A DNA stretch of 64,000 nt. Source: Ranitomeya imitator. Lineage: Eukaryota. The DNA lies in the NCBI RefSeq assembly GCF_032444005.1, contig NC_091288.1, positions 215,388,001-215,452,000 on the forward strand. Reading direction: 5' to 3'. Position 1 is the first letter of the stretch. The number at the start of each line of letters is the position of its first letter. Both the position numbers and the translations under genes were made by a program. Shown here in pieces: positions 12,491 to 31,600 of this stretch. Below the pieces are notes generated by a model. That model did no database searches. It worked only from the letters and a program-made list of their open reading frames with translations, and was not told where the DNA came from.

Positions 12491-12754
12491 ATCTATTTCC
12501 GGGAGCCTCTCAATTGTTTCGGGAAGAATATGTAAGTCATAACTGGTAAGGAAACCATGTTCAATCATTCCCTCCTAGGAAAGAGTCGGAAGACCCCCTT
12601 ACGCATCAGTGCAGAAGGATCTGGTCAAAGCCGTAAATTTGGCTTCCAAGTTTCTAATGTGTACAAAGGCCCTAACAAATGACAGGCATGAGAATCTAAA
12701 AAAGGGTTAAAACCACAACAAACTCAACCAGTAAACCCATCAGGGTGTGAAGAC

Positions 12755-12760
12755 TTTATT
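12755..12760 (-). terminator. Polyadenylation signal AATAAA of NMRAL1-B
   Basis: tttatt on the + strand, 15 nt past the TAA stop. Confidence 0.6.
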
Positions 12761-12774
12761 GTGGGCCACAGACA

Positions 12775-18121
<5,347 letters not shown>

Positions 18122-18176
18122 GGCGCACTCAGTACAGATGGGTTGATATGAAGCCTTCTCCTCCGCTGTCTTCTCT

Positions 18177-18200
18177 CTTATAGCCGGTCGCTGTGACTCA
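18177..18200 (-). promoter_or_regulatory. NMRAL1-B core promoter: TATAAG (18182-18177) and AP-1 site TGAGTCA (18200-18194)
   Basis: Same ctgagtcac + TATAAG arrangement as copy A at a similar distance from the ATG. Confidence 0.55.
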
Positions 18201-18387
18201 GTGGACAAACAATGCCCAGGTGATGGCAGATCCCAGGGGCGCAGCTCATTTTTGTAAGCGGTCCAGCCAACCAGATCCGCGATTCTTAAGTCTCCATTAT
18301 TTACTGAGGAGCCGCGAATAACCTTCCACCCCCAAACTGAGCTCCAAAACCCGACCTCAGATTGTCCTCAGTTCACCCGCACAATCA

Positions 18388-19553
18388 GCGCTCCCTATAC
18401 CACCGAGCCGCGCTCCCTATACCACCGAGCCGCGCTCCCTATACCACCGAGCCGCGCTCCCTATACCACCGAGCCGCGCTCCCTATACCACCGAGCCACG
18501 CTCCCTATACCACCGAGCCCCGCTCCCTATACCACCGAGCCGCGCTCCTTATACCACCGAGCCGCGCTCCCTATACCACCGAGCCCCGCTCCCTATACCA
18601 CCGAGCCCCGCTCCCTATACCACCGAGCCGCGCTCCCTATACCACCGAGCCGCGCTCCCTATACCACCGAGCCGCGCTCCCTATACCACCGAGCCGCGCT
18701 CCCTATCCACCGAGCCGCGCTCCCTATACCACCGAGCCGCGCTCCCTATACCACCGAGCCGCGCTCCCTATACCACCGAGCCGCGCTCCCTATACCACCG
18801 AGCCGCGCTCCCTATACCACCGAGCCGCCCTCCCTATACCATCGAGCCGCGCTCCCTATACCACCGAGCCGCGCTCCCTATACCACCGAGCCGCGATCCC
18901 TATACCACCGAGCCGCGCTCCCTATACCACCGAGCCGCCCTCCCTATACCACCGAGCCGCCCTCCCTATACCACCGAGCCGCGATCCCTATACCACCGAG
19001 CCGCGCTCCCTATACCACCGAGCCGTGCTCCCTATACCACCGAGCCGCCCTCCCTATACCACCGAGCCGCGATCCCTATACCACCGAGCCGCGCTCCCTA
19101 TACCACCGAGCCGTGCTCCCTATACCACCGAGCCGCCCTCCCTATACCACCGAGCCGCGATCCCTATACCACCGAGCCGCGCTCCCTATACCACCGAGCC
19201 GCCCTCCCTATACCACCGAGCCGCGCTCCCTATACCACCGAGCCGCGCTCCCTATACCACCGAGCCGCGATCCCTATACCACCGAGCCGCGCTCCCTATA
19301 CCACCGAGCCGCGCTCCCTATACCACCGAGCCACGCTCCCTATACCACCGAGCCGCGATCCCTATACCACCGAGCCGCGCTCCCTATACCACCGAGCCGC
19401 CCTCCCTATACCACCGAGCCGCGATCCCTATACCACCGAGTCACGCTCCCTATACCACCGAGCCGCGATCCCTATACCACCGAGCCGCGCTCCCTATACC
19501 ACCGAGCCACGCTCCCTATACCACCGAGCCGCGCTCCCTATACCACCGAGCCG
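18388..19553. repeat. 22-bp CpG-rich minisatellite (ccaccgagccgcgctccctata)n, ~53 units
   Basis: Read directly; 22-aa periodicity of ORF 18362..19597 equals 3x22 nt. Confidence 0.96.
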
Positions 19554-19637
19554 ACAACAGCCGAAATCTCTGCTACACGGGTTGTCACAGCCTCTGACCG
19601 ACAGTGGAGGGGACCAAACACCCAACACCCCGGACTA

Positions 19638-22600
19638 TGTATCTAATCCTCTCCTGTGTGATACTGACTGCTGAGCTGTGTATCTAATCCTCTCCTGTGT
19701 GATACTGACTGCTGAGCTGTGTATCTAATCCTCTCCTGTGTGATACTGACTGCTGAGCCATGTATCTAATCCTCTCCTGTGTGATACTGACTGCTGAGCC
19801 GTGTATCTAATCCTCTCCTGTGTGATACTGACAGCTGAGCCATGTATCTAATCCTCTCCTGTGTGATACTGACTGCTGAGCTGTGTATCTAATCCTATCC
19901 TGTGTGATACTGTCTGCTGAGCCGTGTATCTAATCCTATCCTGTGTGATACTGTCTGCTGAGCTGTGTATCTAATCCTCTCCTGTGTGATACTGACTGCT
20001 GAGCCGTGTATCTAATCCTCTCCTGTGTGATACTGTCTGCTGAGCCGTGTATCTAATCCTATCTTGTGTGATACTGTCTGCTGAGCCGTGTATCTAATCC
20101 TCTCCTGTGTGATACTGACTGCTGAGCCGTGTATCTAATCCTCTCCTGTGTGATACTGACTGCTGAGCCGTGTATCTAATCCTCTCCTGTGTGATACTGT
20201 CTGCTGAGCCGTGTATCTAATCCTCTCCTGTGTGATACTGACTGCTGAGCCGTGTATCTAATCCTCTCCTGTGTGATACGGACTGCTGAGCCGTGTATCT
20301 AATCCTCTCCTGTGTGATACTGTCTGCTGAGCCGTGTATCTAATCCTATCCTGTGTGATACTGACTGCTGAGCCGTGTATCTAATCCTATCCTGTGTGAT
20401 ACTGACTGCTGAGCCGTGTATCTAATCCTCTCCTGTGTGATACGGACTGCTGAGCCGTGTATCTAATCCTCTCCTGTGTGATACTGTCTGCTGAGCCGTG
20501 TATCTAATCCTATCCTGTGTGATACTGACTGCTGAGCCGTGTATCTAATCCTATCCTGTGTGATACTGACTGCTGAGCCGTGTATCTAATCCTCTCCTGT
20601 GTGATACTGACTGCTGAGCCGTGTATCTAATCCTCTCCTGTGTGATACTGACTGCTGAGCCGTGTATCTAATCCTATCCTGTGTGATACTGACTGCTGAG
20701 CCGTGTATCTAATCCTATCCTGTGTGATACTGACTGCTGAGCCGTGTATCTAATCCTATGCTGTGTGATACTGTCTGCTGAGCCGTGTATCTAATCCTAT
20801 CCTGTGTGATACTGACTGCTGAGCCGTGTATCTAATCCTATCCTGTGTGATACTGACTGCTGAGCCGTGTATCTAATCCTATCCTGTGTGATACTGTCTG
20901 CTGAGCCGTGTATCTAATCCTATCCTGTGTGATACTGACTGCTGAGCCGTGTATCTAATCCTATCCTGTGTGATACTGTCTGCTGAGCCGTGTATCTAAT
21001 CCTCTCCTGTGTGATACTGTCTGCTGAGCTGTGTATCTAATCCTCTCCTGTGATACTGTCTGCTGAGCTGTGTATCTAATCCTATCCTGTGTGATACTGA
21101 CTGCTGAGCTGTGTATCTAATCCTCTCCTGTGTGATCCTGTCTGCTGAGCCGTGTATCTAATCCTCTCCTGTGTGATACTGACTGCTGAGCCGTGTATCT
21201 AATCCTCTCCTGTGTGATACTGACTGCTGAGCCGTGTATCTAATCCTCTCCTGTGTGATACTGACTGCTGAGCCGTGTATCTAATCCTATCCTGTGTGAT
21301 ACTGACTGCTGAGCCGTGTATCTAATCCTATCCTGTGTGATACTGACTGCTGAGCCGTGTATCTAATCCTATGCTGTGTGATACTGTCTGCTGAGCCGTG
21401 TATCTAATCCTATCCTGTGTGATACTGACTGCTGAGCCGTGTATCTAATCCTATCCTGTGTGATACTGACTGCTGAGCCGTGTATCTAATCCTATCCTGT
21501 GTGATACTGTCTGCTGAGCCGTGTATCTAATCCTATCCTGTGTGATACTGACTGCTGAGCCGTGTATCTAATCCTATCCTGTGTGATACTGTCTGCTGAG
21601 CCGTGTATCTAATCCTCTCCTGTGTGATACTGTCTGCTGAGCTGTGTATCTAATCCTCTCCTGTGATACTGTCTGCTGAGCTGTGTATCTAATCCTATCC
21701 TGTGTGATACTGACTGCTGAGCTGTGTATCTAATCCTCTCCTGTGTGATCCTGTCTGCTGAGCCGTGTATCTAATCCTCTCCTGTGTGATACCGTCTGCT
21801 GAGCCGTGTATCTAATCCTATCCTGTGTGATACTGACTGCTGAGCTGTGTATCTAATCCTCTCCTGTGTGATCCTGTCTGCTGAGCCGTGTATCTAATCC
21901 TCTCCTGTGTGATACTGACTGCTGAGCCGTGTATCTAATCCTCTCCTGTGTGATCCTGTCTGCTGAGCCGTGTATCTAATCCTCTCCTGTGTGATACTGT
22001 CTGCTGAGCCGTGTATCTAATCCTCTCCTGTGTGATACTGACTGCTGAGCCGTGTATCTAATCCTATCCTGTGTGATACTGTCTGCTGAGCCGTGTATCT
22101 AATCCTCTCCTGTGTGATACTGTCTGCAGAGCAGTGTATCTAATCCTCTCCTGTGTGATACTGACTGCTGAGCCGTGTATCTAATCCTATCCTGTGTGAT
22201 ACTGTCTGCTGAGCTGTGTATCTAATCCTATCCTGTGTGATACTGTCTGCAGAGCAGTGTATCTAATCCTCTCCTGTGTGATACTGACTGCTGAGCCGTG
22301 TATCTAATCCTATCCTGTGTGATACTGACCGCTGAGCCGTGTATCTAATCCTCTCCTGTGTGATACTGTCTGCTGAGCCATGTATCTAATCCTATCCTGT
22401 GTGATACTGACTGCTGAGCCGTGTATCTAATCCTATCCTGTGTGATACTGTCTGCAGAGCAGTGTATCTAATCCTCTCCTGTGTGATACTGACTGCTGAG
22501 CCGTGTATCTAATCCTATCCTGTGTGATACTGTCTGCAGAGCTGTGTATCTAATCCTATCCTGTGTGATACTGACTGCTGGGCCGTGTATCTAATCCTCT

Positions 22601-25600
22601 CCTGTGTGATACTGACTGCTGAGCCGTGTATCTAATCCTCTCCTGTGTGATACTGACTGCTGAGCCGTGTATCTAATCCTCTCCTGTGTGATACTGACTG
22701 CTGAGCCGTGTATCTAATCCTATCCTGTGTGATACTGTCTGCAGAGCTGTGTATCTAATCCTCTCCTGTGTGATACTGACTGCTGAGCCGTGTATCTAAT
22801 CCTCTCCTGTGTGATACTGACTGCTGAGCCGTGTATATAATCCTCTCCTGTGTGATACTGACCGCTGAGCTGTGTATCTAATCCTCTCCTGTGTGATACT
22901 GACTGCTGAGCCGTGTATCTAATCCTCTCCTGTGTGATACTGACCGCTGAGCTGTGTATCTAATCCTCTCCTGTGTGATACTGACTGCTGAGCCGTGTAT
23001 CTAATCCTCTCCTGTGTGATACTGTCTGCTGAGCCGTGTATCTAATCCTCTCCTGTGTGATACTGTTTGCTGAGCCGTGTATCTAATCCTCTCCTGTGTG
23101 ATACTGACTGCTGAGCTGTGTATATAATCCTCTCCTGTGTGATACTGTCTGCTGAGCCGTGTATCTAATCCTAGGCGGTGTGATACTGACTGCTGAGCCG
23201 TGTATCTAATCCTCTCCTGTGTGATACTGACTGCTGAGCTGTGTATCTAATCCCATCCTGTGTGATACTGACTGCTGAGCCGTGTATCTAATCCCATCCT
23301 GTGTGATACTGTCTGCTGAGCCGTGTATCTAATCCTCTCCTGTGTGATACTGACTGCTGAGCCGTGTATCTAATCCCATCCTGTGTGATACTGTCTGCTG
23401 AGCCATGTATCTAATCCTCTCCTGTGTGATACTGACTGCTGAGCCGTGTATCTAATCCTATCCTGTGTGATACTGTCTGCTGAGCCGTGTATATAATCCT
23501 CTCCTGTGTGATACTGTCTGCTGAGCCGTGTATCTAATCCTAGGTGGTGTGATACTGACTGCTGAGCTGTGTATCTAATCCCATCCTGTGTGATACTGAC
23601 TGCTGAGCCGTGTATCTAATCCCATCCTGTGTGATACTGTCTGCTGAGCCGTGTATCTAATCCTCTCCTGTGTGATACTGACTGCTGAGCTGTGTATCTA
23701 ATCCCATCCTGTGTGATACTGACTGCTGAGCCGTGTATCTAATCCTATCCTGTGTGATACTGACTGCTGAGCTGTGTATCTAATCCTCTCCTGTGTGATA
23801 CTGACTGCTGAGCTGTGTATCTAATCCTATCCTGTGTGATACTGTCTGCTGAGCCGTGTATCTAATCCTCTCCTGTGTGATACTGACTGCTGAGCTGTGT
23901 ATCTAATCCTATCCTGTGTGATACTGACTGCTGAGCCGTGTATCTAATCCTATCCTGTGTGATACTGTCTGCTGAGCCGTGTATCTAATCCTCTCCTGTG
24001 TGATACTGACTGCTGAGCTGTGTATCTAATCCCATCCTGTGTGATACTGACTGCTGAGCCGTGTATCTAATCCTATCCTGTGTGATACTGACTGCTGAGC
24101 TGTGTATCTAATCCCATCCTGTGTGATACTGACTGCTGAGCCGTGTATCTAATCCTATCCTGTGTGATACTGTCTGCTGAGCCGTGTATCTAATCCTCTC
24201 CTGTGTGATACTGACTGCTGAGCCGTGTATCTAATCCTATCCTGTGTGATACTGTCTGCTGAGCCGTGTATCTAATCCTCTCCTGTGTGATACTGACTGC
24301 TGAGCCGTGTATCTAATCCTCTCCTGTGTGATACTGACTGCTGAGCCGTGTATCTAATCCTCTCCTGTGTGATACTGTCTGCTGAGCCGTGTATCTAATC
24401 CTCTCCTGTGTGATACTGACTGCTGAGCCGTGTATCTAATCCTCTCCTGTGTGATACTGACTGCTGAGCCGTGTATCTAATCCTCTCCTGTGTGATACTG
24501 TCTGCTGAGCCGTGTATCTAATCCTCTCCTGTGTGATACTGACTGCTGAGCCGTGTATCTAATCCTATCCTGTGTGATATTGACTGCTGAGCCGTGTATC
24601 TAATCCCATCCTGTGTGATACTGACTGCTGAGCCGTGTATCTAATCCTCTCCTATGTGATACTGTCTGCTGAGCCGTGTATCTAATCCTATCCTGTGTGA
24701 TACTGTCTGCTGATCCGTGTATCTAATCCTATCCTGTGTGATACTGTATGCTGAGCCGTGTATCTAATCCTCTCCTGTGTGATACTGACTGCTGAGCCGT
24801 GTATCTAATCCCATCCTGTGTGATACTGTCTGCTGAGCCATGTATCTAATCCTCTCCTGTGTGATACTGACTGCTGAGCCGTGTATCTAATCCTATCCTG
24901 TGTGATACTGTCTGCTGAGCCGTGTATCTAATCCTAGGCGGTGTGATACTGACTGCTGAGCTGTGTATCTAATCCCATCCTGTGTGATACTGTCTGCTGA
25001 GCCGTGTATCTAATCCTATCCTGTGTGATACTGTCTGCTGATCCGTGTATCTAATCCTATCCTGTGTGATACTGTATGCTGAGCCGTGTATCTAATCCTC
25101 TCCTGTGTGATACTGTCTGCTGAGCTGTGTATCTAATCCTCTCCTGTGTGATACTGACTGCTGATCCGTGTATCTAATCCTATCCTGTGTGATACTGTAT
25201 GCTGAGCCGTGTATCTAATCCTCTCCTGTGTGATACTGACTGCTGAGCCGTGTATCTAATCCCATCCTGTGTGATACTGTCTGCTGAGCCATGTATCTAA
25301 TCCTCTCCTGTGTGATACTGACTGCTGAGCCGTGTATCTAATCCTATCCTGTGTGATACTGTCTGCTGAGCCGTGTATCTAATCCTAGGCGGTGTGATAC
25401 TGACTGCTGAGCTGTGTATCTAATCCCATCCTGTGTGATACTGTCTGCTGAGCCGTGTATCTAATCCTATCCTGTGTGATACTGTCTGCTGATCCGTGTA
25501 TCTAATCCTATCCTGTGTGATACTGTATGCTGAGCCGTGTATCTAATCCTCTCCTGTGTGATACTGTCTGCTGAGCTGTGTATCTAATCCTCTCCTGTGT

Positions 25601-28600
25601 GATACTGACTGCTGATCCGTGTATCTAATCCTATCCTGTGTGATACTGTCTGCTGATCCGTGTATCTAATCCTATCCTGTGTGATACTGTATGCTGAGCC
25701 GTGTATCTAATCCTCTCCTGTGTGATACTGTCTGCTGAGCTGTGTATCTAATCCTCTCCTGTGTGATACTGACTGCTGATCCGTGTATCTAATCCTCTCC
25801 TGTGTGATACTGACTGCTGAGCCGTGTATCTAATCCTATCCTGTGTGATACTGTCTGCTGAGCCGTGTATCTAATCCTAGGCGGTGTGATACTGACTGCT
25901 GAGCTGTGTATCTAATCCCATCCTGTGTGATACTGTCTGCTGAGCCGTGTATCTAATCCTATCCTGTGTGATACTGTCTGCTGATCCGTGTATCTAATCC
26001 TATCCTGTGTGATACTGTATGCTGAGCCGTGTATCTAATCCCATCCTGTGTGATACTGTCTGCTGAGCCGTGTATCTAATCCTATCCTGTGTGATACTGT
26101 CTGCTGATCCGTGTATCTAATCCTATCCTGTGTGATACTGTATGCTGAGCCGTGTATCTAATCCTCTCCTGTGTGATACTGTCTGCTGAGCTGTGTATCT
26201 AATCCTCTCCTGTGTGATACTGACTGCTGATCCGTGTATCTAATCCTATCCTGTGTGATACTGTATGCTGAGCCGTGTATCTAATCCTCTCCTGTGTGAT
26301 ACTGACTGCTGAGCCGTGTATCTAATCCCATCCTGTGTGATACTGTCTGCTGAGCCATGTATCTAATCCTCTCCTGTGTGATACTGACTGCTGAGCCGTG
26401 TATCTAATCCTATCCTGTGTGATACTGTCTGCTGAGCCGTGTATCTAATCCTAGGCGGTGTGATACTGACTGCTGAGCTGTGTATCTAATCCCATCCTGT
26501 GTGATACTGTCTGCTGAGCCGTGTATCTAATCCTATCCTGTGTGATACTGTCTGCTGATCCGTGTATCTAATCCTATCCTGTGTGATACTGTATGCTGAG
26601 CCGTGTATCTAATCCTCTCCTGTGTGATACTGTCTGCTGAGCTGTGTATCTAATCCTCTCCTGTGTGATACTGACTGCTGATCCGTGTATCTAATCCTAT
26701 CCTGTGTGATACTGTCTGCTGAGCCGTGTATCTAATCCTATCCTGTGTGATACTGTCTGCTGATCCGTGTATCTAATCCTATCCTGTGTGATACTGTATG
26801 CTGAGCCGTGTATCTAATCCTCTCCTGTGTGATACTGTCTGCTGAGCTGTGTATCTAATCCTCTCCTGTGTGATACTGACTGCTGAGCCGTGTATCTAAT
26901 CCTCTCCTGTGTGATACTGACTGCTGAGCCGTGTATATAATCCTCTCCTGTGTGATACTGACCGCTGAGCTGTGTATCTAATCCTCTCCTGTGTGATACT
27001 GACTGCTGAGCCGTGTATCTAATCCTCTCCTGTGTGATACTGACCGCTGAGCTGTGTATCTAATCCTCTCCTGTGTGATACTGACTGCTGAGCCGTGTAT
27101 CTAATCCTCTCCTGTGTGATACTGTCTGCTGAGCCGTGTATCTAATCCTCTCCTGTGTGATACTGTTTGCTGAGCCGTGTATCTAATCCTCTCCTGTGTG
27201 ATACTGACTGCTGAGCTGTGTATATAATCCTCTCCTGTGTGATACTGTCTGCTGAGCCGTGTATCTAATCCTAGGCGGTGTGATACTGACTGCTGAGCCG
27301 TGTATCTAATCCTCTCCTGTGTGATACTGACTGCTGAGCTGTGTATCTAATCCCATCCTGTGTGATACTGACTGCTGAGCCGTGTATCTAATCCCATCCT
27401 GTGTGATACTGTCTGCTGAGCCGTGTATCTAATCCTCTCCTGTGTGATACTGACTGCTGAGCCGTGTATCTAATCCCATCCTGTGTGATACTGTCTGCTG
27501 AGCCATGTATCTAATCCTCTCCTGTGTGATACTGACTGCTGAGCCGTGTATCTAATCCTATCCTGTGTGATACTGTCTGCTGAGCCGTGTATATAATCCT
27601 CTCCTGTGTGATACTGTCTGCTGAGCCGTGTATCTAATCCTAGGTGGTGTGATACTGACTGCTGAGCTGTGTATCTAATCCCATCCTGTGTGATACTGAC
27701 TGCTGAGCCGTGTATCTAATCCCATCCTGTGTGATACTGTCTGCTGAGCCGTGTATCTAATCCTCTCCTGTGTGATACTGACTGCTGAGCTGTGTATCTA
27801 ATCCCATCCTGTGTGATACTGACTGCTGAGCCGTGTATCTAATCCTATCCTGTGTGATACTGACTGCTGAGCTGTGTATCTAATCCTCTCCTGTGTGATA
27901 CTGACTGCTGAGCTGTGTATCTAATCCTATCCTGTGTGATACTGTCTGCTGAGCCGTGTATCTAATCCTCTCCTGTGTGATACTGACTGCTGAGCTGTGT
28001 ATCTAATCCTATCCTGTGTGATACTGACTGCTGAGCCGTGTATCTAATCCTATCCTGTGTGATACTGTCTGCTGAGCCGTGTATCTAATCCTCTCCTGTG
28101 TGATACTGACTGCTGAGCTGTGTATCTAATCCCATCCTGTGTGATACTGACTGCTGAGCCGTGTATCTAATCCTATCCTGTGTGATACTGACTGCTGAGC
28201 TGTGTATCTAATCCCATCCTGTGTGATACTGACTGCTGAGCCGTGTATCTAATCCTATCCTGTGTGATACTGTCTGCTGAGCCGTGTATCTAATCCTCTC
28301 CTGTGTGATACTGACTGCTGAGCCGTGTATCTAATCCTATCCTGTGTGATACTGTCTGCTGAGCCGTGTATCTAATCCTCTCCTGTGTGATACTGACTGC
28401 TGAGCCGTGTATCTAATCCTCTCCTGTGTGATACTGACTGCTGAGCCGTGTATCTAATCCTCTCCTGTGTGATACTGTCTGCTGAGCCGTGTATCTAATC
28501 CTCTCCTGTGTGATACTGACTGCTGAGCCGTGTATCTAATCCTCTCCTGTGTGATACTGACTGCTGAGCCGTGTATCTAATCCTCTCCTGTGTGATACTG

Positions 28601-31600
28601 TCTGCTGAGCCGTGTATCTAATCCTCTCCTGTGTGATACTGACTGCTGAGCCGTGTATCTAATCCTATCCTGTGTGATATTGACTGCTGAGCCGTGTATC
28701 TAATCCCATCCTGTGTGATACTGACTGCTGAGCCGTGTATCTAATCCTCTCCTATGTGATACTGTCTGCTGAGCCGTGTATCTAATCCTATCCTGTGTGA
28801 TACTGTCTGCTGATCCGTGTATCTAATCCTATCCTGTGTGATACTGTATGCTGAGCCGTGTATCTAATCCTCTCCTGTGTGATACTGACTGCTGAGCCGT
28901 GTATCTAATCCCATCCTGTGTGATACTGTCTGCTGAGCCATGTATCTAATCCTCTCCTGTGTGATACTGACTGCTGAGCCGTGTATCTAATCCTATCCTG
29001 TGTGATACTGTCTGCTGAGCCGTGTATCTAATCCTAGGCGGTGTGATACTGACTGCTGAGCTGTGTATCTAATCCCATCCTGTGTGATACTGTCTGCTGA
29101 GCCGTGTATCTAATCCTATCCTGTGTGATACTGTCTGCTGATCCGTGTATCTAATCCTATCCTGTGTGATACTGTATGCTGAGCCGTGTATCTAATCCTC
29201 TCCTGTGTGATACTGTCTGCTGAGCTGTGTATCTAATCCTCTCCTGTGTGATACTGACTGCTGATCCGTGTATCTAATCCTATCCTGTGTGATACTGTAT
29301 GCTGAGCCGTGTATCTAATCCTCTCCTGTGTGATACTGACTGCTGAGCCGTGTATCTAATCCCATCCTGTGTGATACTGTCTGCTGAGCCATGTATCTAA
29401 TCCTCTCCTGTGTGATACTGACTGCTGAGCCGTGTATCTAATCCTATCCTGTGTGATACTGTCTGCTGAGCCGTGTATCTAATCCTAGGCGGTGTGATAC
29501 TGACTGCTGAGCTGTGTATCTAATCCCATCCTGTGTGATACTGTCTGCTGAGCCGTGTATCTAATCCTATCCTGTGTGATACTGTCTGCTGATCCGTGTA
29601 TCTAATCCTATCCTGTGTGATACTGTATGCTGAGCCGTGTATCTAATCCTCTCCTGTGTGATACTGTCTGCTGAGCTGTGTATCTAATCCTCTCCTGTGT
29701 GATACTGACTGCTGATCCGTGTATCTAATCCTATCCTGTGTGATACTGTCTGCTGATCCGTGTATCTAATCCTATCCTGTGTGATACTGTATGCTGAGCC
29801 GTGTATCTAATCCTCTCCTGTGTGATACTGTCTGCTGAGCTGTGTATCTAATCCTCTCCTGTGTGATACTGACTGCTGATCCGTGTATCTAATCCTCTCC
29901 TGTGTGATACTGACTGCTGAGCCGTGTATCTAATCCTATCCTGTGTGATACTGTCTGCTGAGCCGTGTATCTAATCCTAGGCGGTGTGATACTGACTGCT
30001 GAGCTGTGTATCTAATCCCATCCTGTGTGATACTGTCTGCTGAGCCGTGTATCTAATCCTATCCTGTGTGATACTGTCTGCTGATCCGTGTATCTAATCC
30101 TATCCTGTGTGATACTGTATGCTGAGCCGTGTATCTAATCCCATCCTGTGTGATACTGTCTGCTGAGCCGTGTATCTAATCCTATCCTGTGTGATACTGT
30201 CTGCTGATCCGTGTATCTAATCCTATCCTGTGTGATACTGTATGCTGAGCCGTGTATCTAATCCTCTCCTGTGTGATACTGTCTGCTGAGCTGTGTATCT
30301 AATCCTCTCCTGTGTGATACTGACTGCTGATCCGTGTATCTAATCCTATCCTGTGTGATACTGTATGCTGAGCCGTGTATCTAATCCTCTCCTGTGTGAT
30401 ACTGACTGCTGAGCCGTGTATCTAATCCCATCCTGTGTGATACTGTCTGCTGAGCCATGTATCTAATCCTCTCCTGTGTGATACTGACTGCTGAGCCGTG
30501 TATCTAATCCTATCCTGTGTGATACTGTCTGCTGAGCCGTGTATCTAATCCTAGGCGGTGTGATACTGACTGCTGAGCTGTGTATCTAATCCCATCCTGT
30601 GTGATACTGTCTGCTGAGCCGTGTATCTAATCCTATCCTGTGTGATACTGTCTGCTGATCCGTGTATCTAATCCTATCCTGTGTGATACTGTATGCTGAG
30701 CCGTGTATCTAATCCTCTCCTGTGTGATACTGTCTGCTGAGCTGTGTATCTAATCCTCTCCTGTGTGATACTGACTGCTGATCCGTGTATCTAATCCTAT
30801 CCTGTGTGATACTGTATGCTGAGCCGTGTATCTAATCCTCTCCTGTGTGATACTGACTGCTGAGCCGTGTATCTAATCCTCTCCTGTGTGATACTGACTG
30901 CTGAGCCGTGTATCTAATCCTCTCCTGTGTGATACTGTCTGCTGAGCCGTGTATCTAATCCTCTCCTGTGTGATACTGACTGCTGAGCCGTGTATCTAAT
31001 CCTCTCCTGTGTGATACTGACTGCTGAGCCGTGTATCTAATCCTCTCCTGTGTGATACTGTCTGCTGAGCCGTGTATCTAATCCTCTCCTGTGTGATACT
31101 GACTGCTGAGCCGTGTATCTAATCCTATCCTGTGTGATATTGACTGCTGAGCCGTGTATCTAATCCCATCCTGTGTGATACTGACTGCTGAGCCGTGTAT
31201 CTAATCCTCTCCTATGTGATACTGTCTGCTGAGCCGTGTATCTAATCCTATCCTGTGTGATACTGTCTGCTGATCCGTGTATCTAATCCTATCCTGTGTG
31301 ATACTGTATGCTGAGCCGTGTATCTAATCCTCTCCTGTGTGATACTGACTGCTGAGCCGTGTATCTAATCCCATCCTGTGTGATACTGTCTGCTGAGCCA
31401 TGTATCTAATCCTCTCCTGTGTGATACTGACTGCTGAGCCGTGTATCTAATCCTATCCTGTGTGATACTGTCTGCTGAGCCGTGTATCTAATCCTAGGCG
31501 GTGTGATACTGACTGCTGAGCTGTGTATCTAATCCCATCCTGTGTGATACTGTCTGCTGAGCCGTGTATCTAATCCTATCCTGTGTGATACTGTCTGCTG

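Noticed and set aside
18362-19646. 411-aa PYTTEPRSLYHRAALPIPPSRA repeat ORF (mucin/extensin-like)
   Set aside because: Stop-free by-product of the 22-bp unit cycling through three frames; starts at a non-ATG codon.
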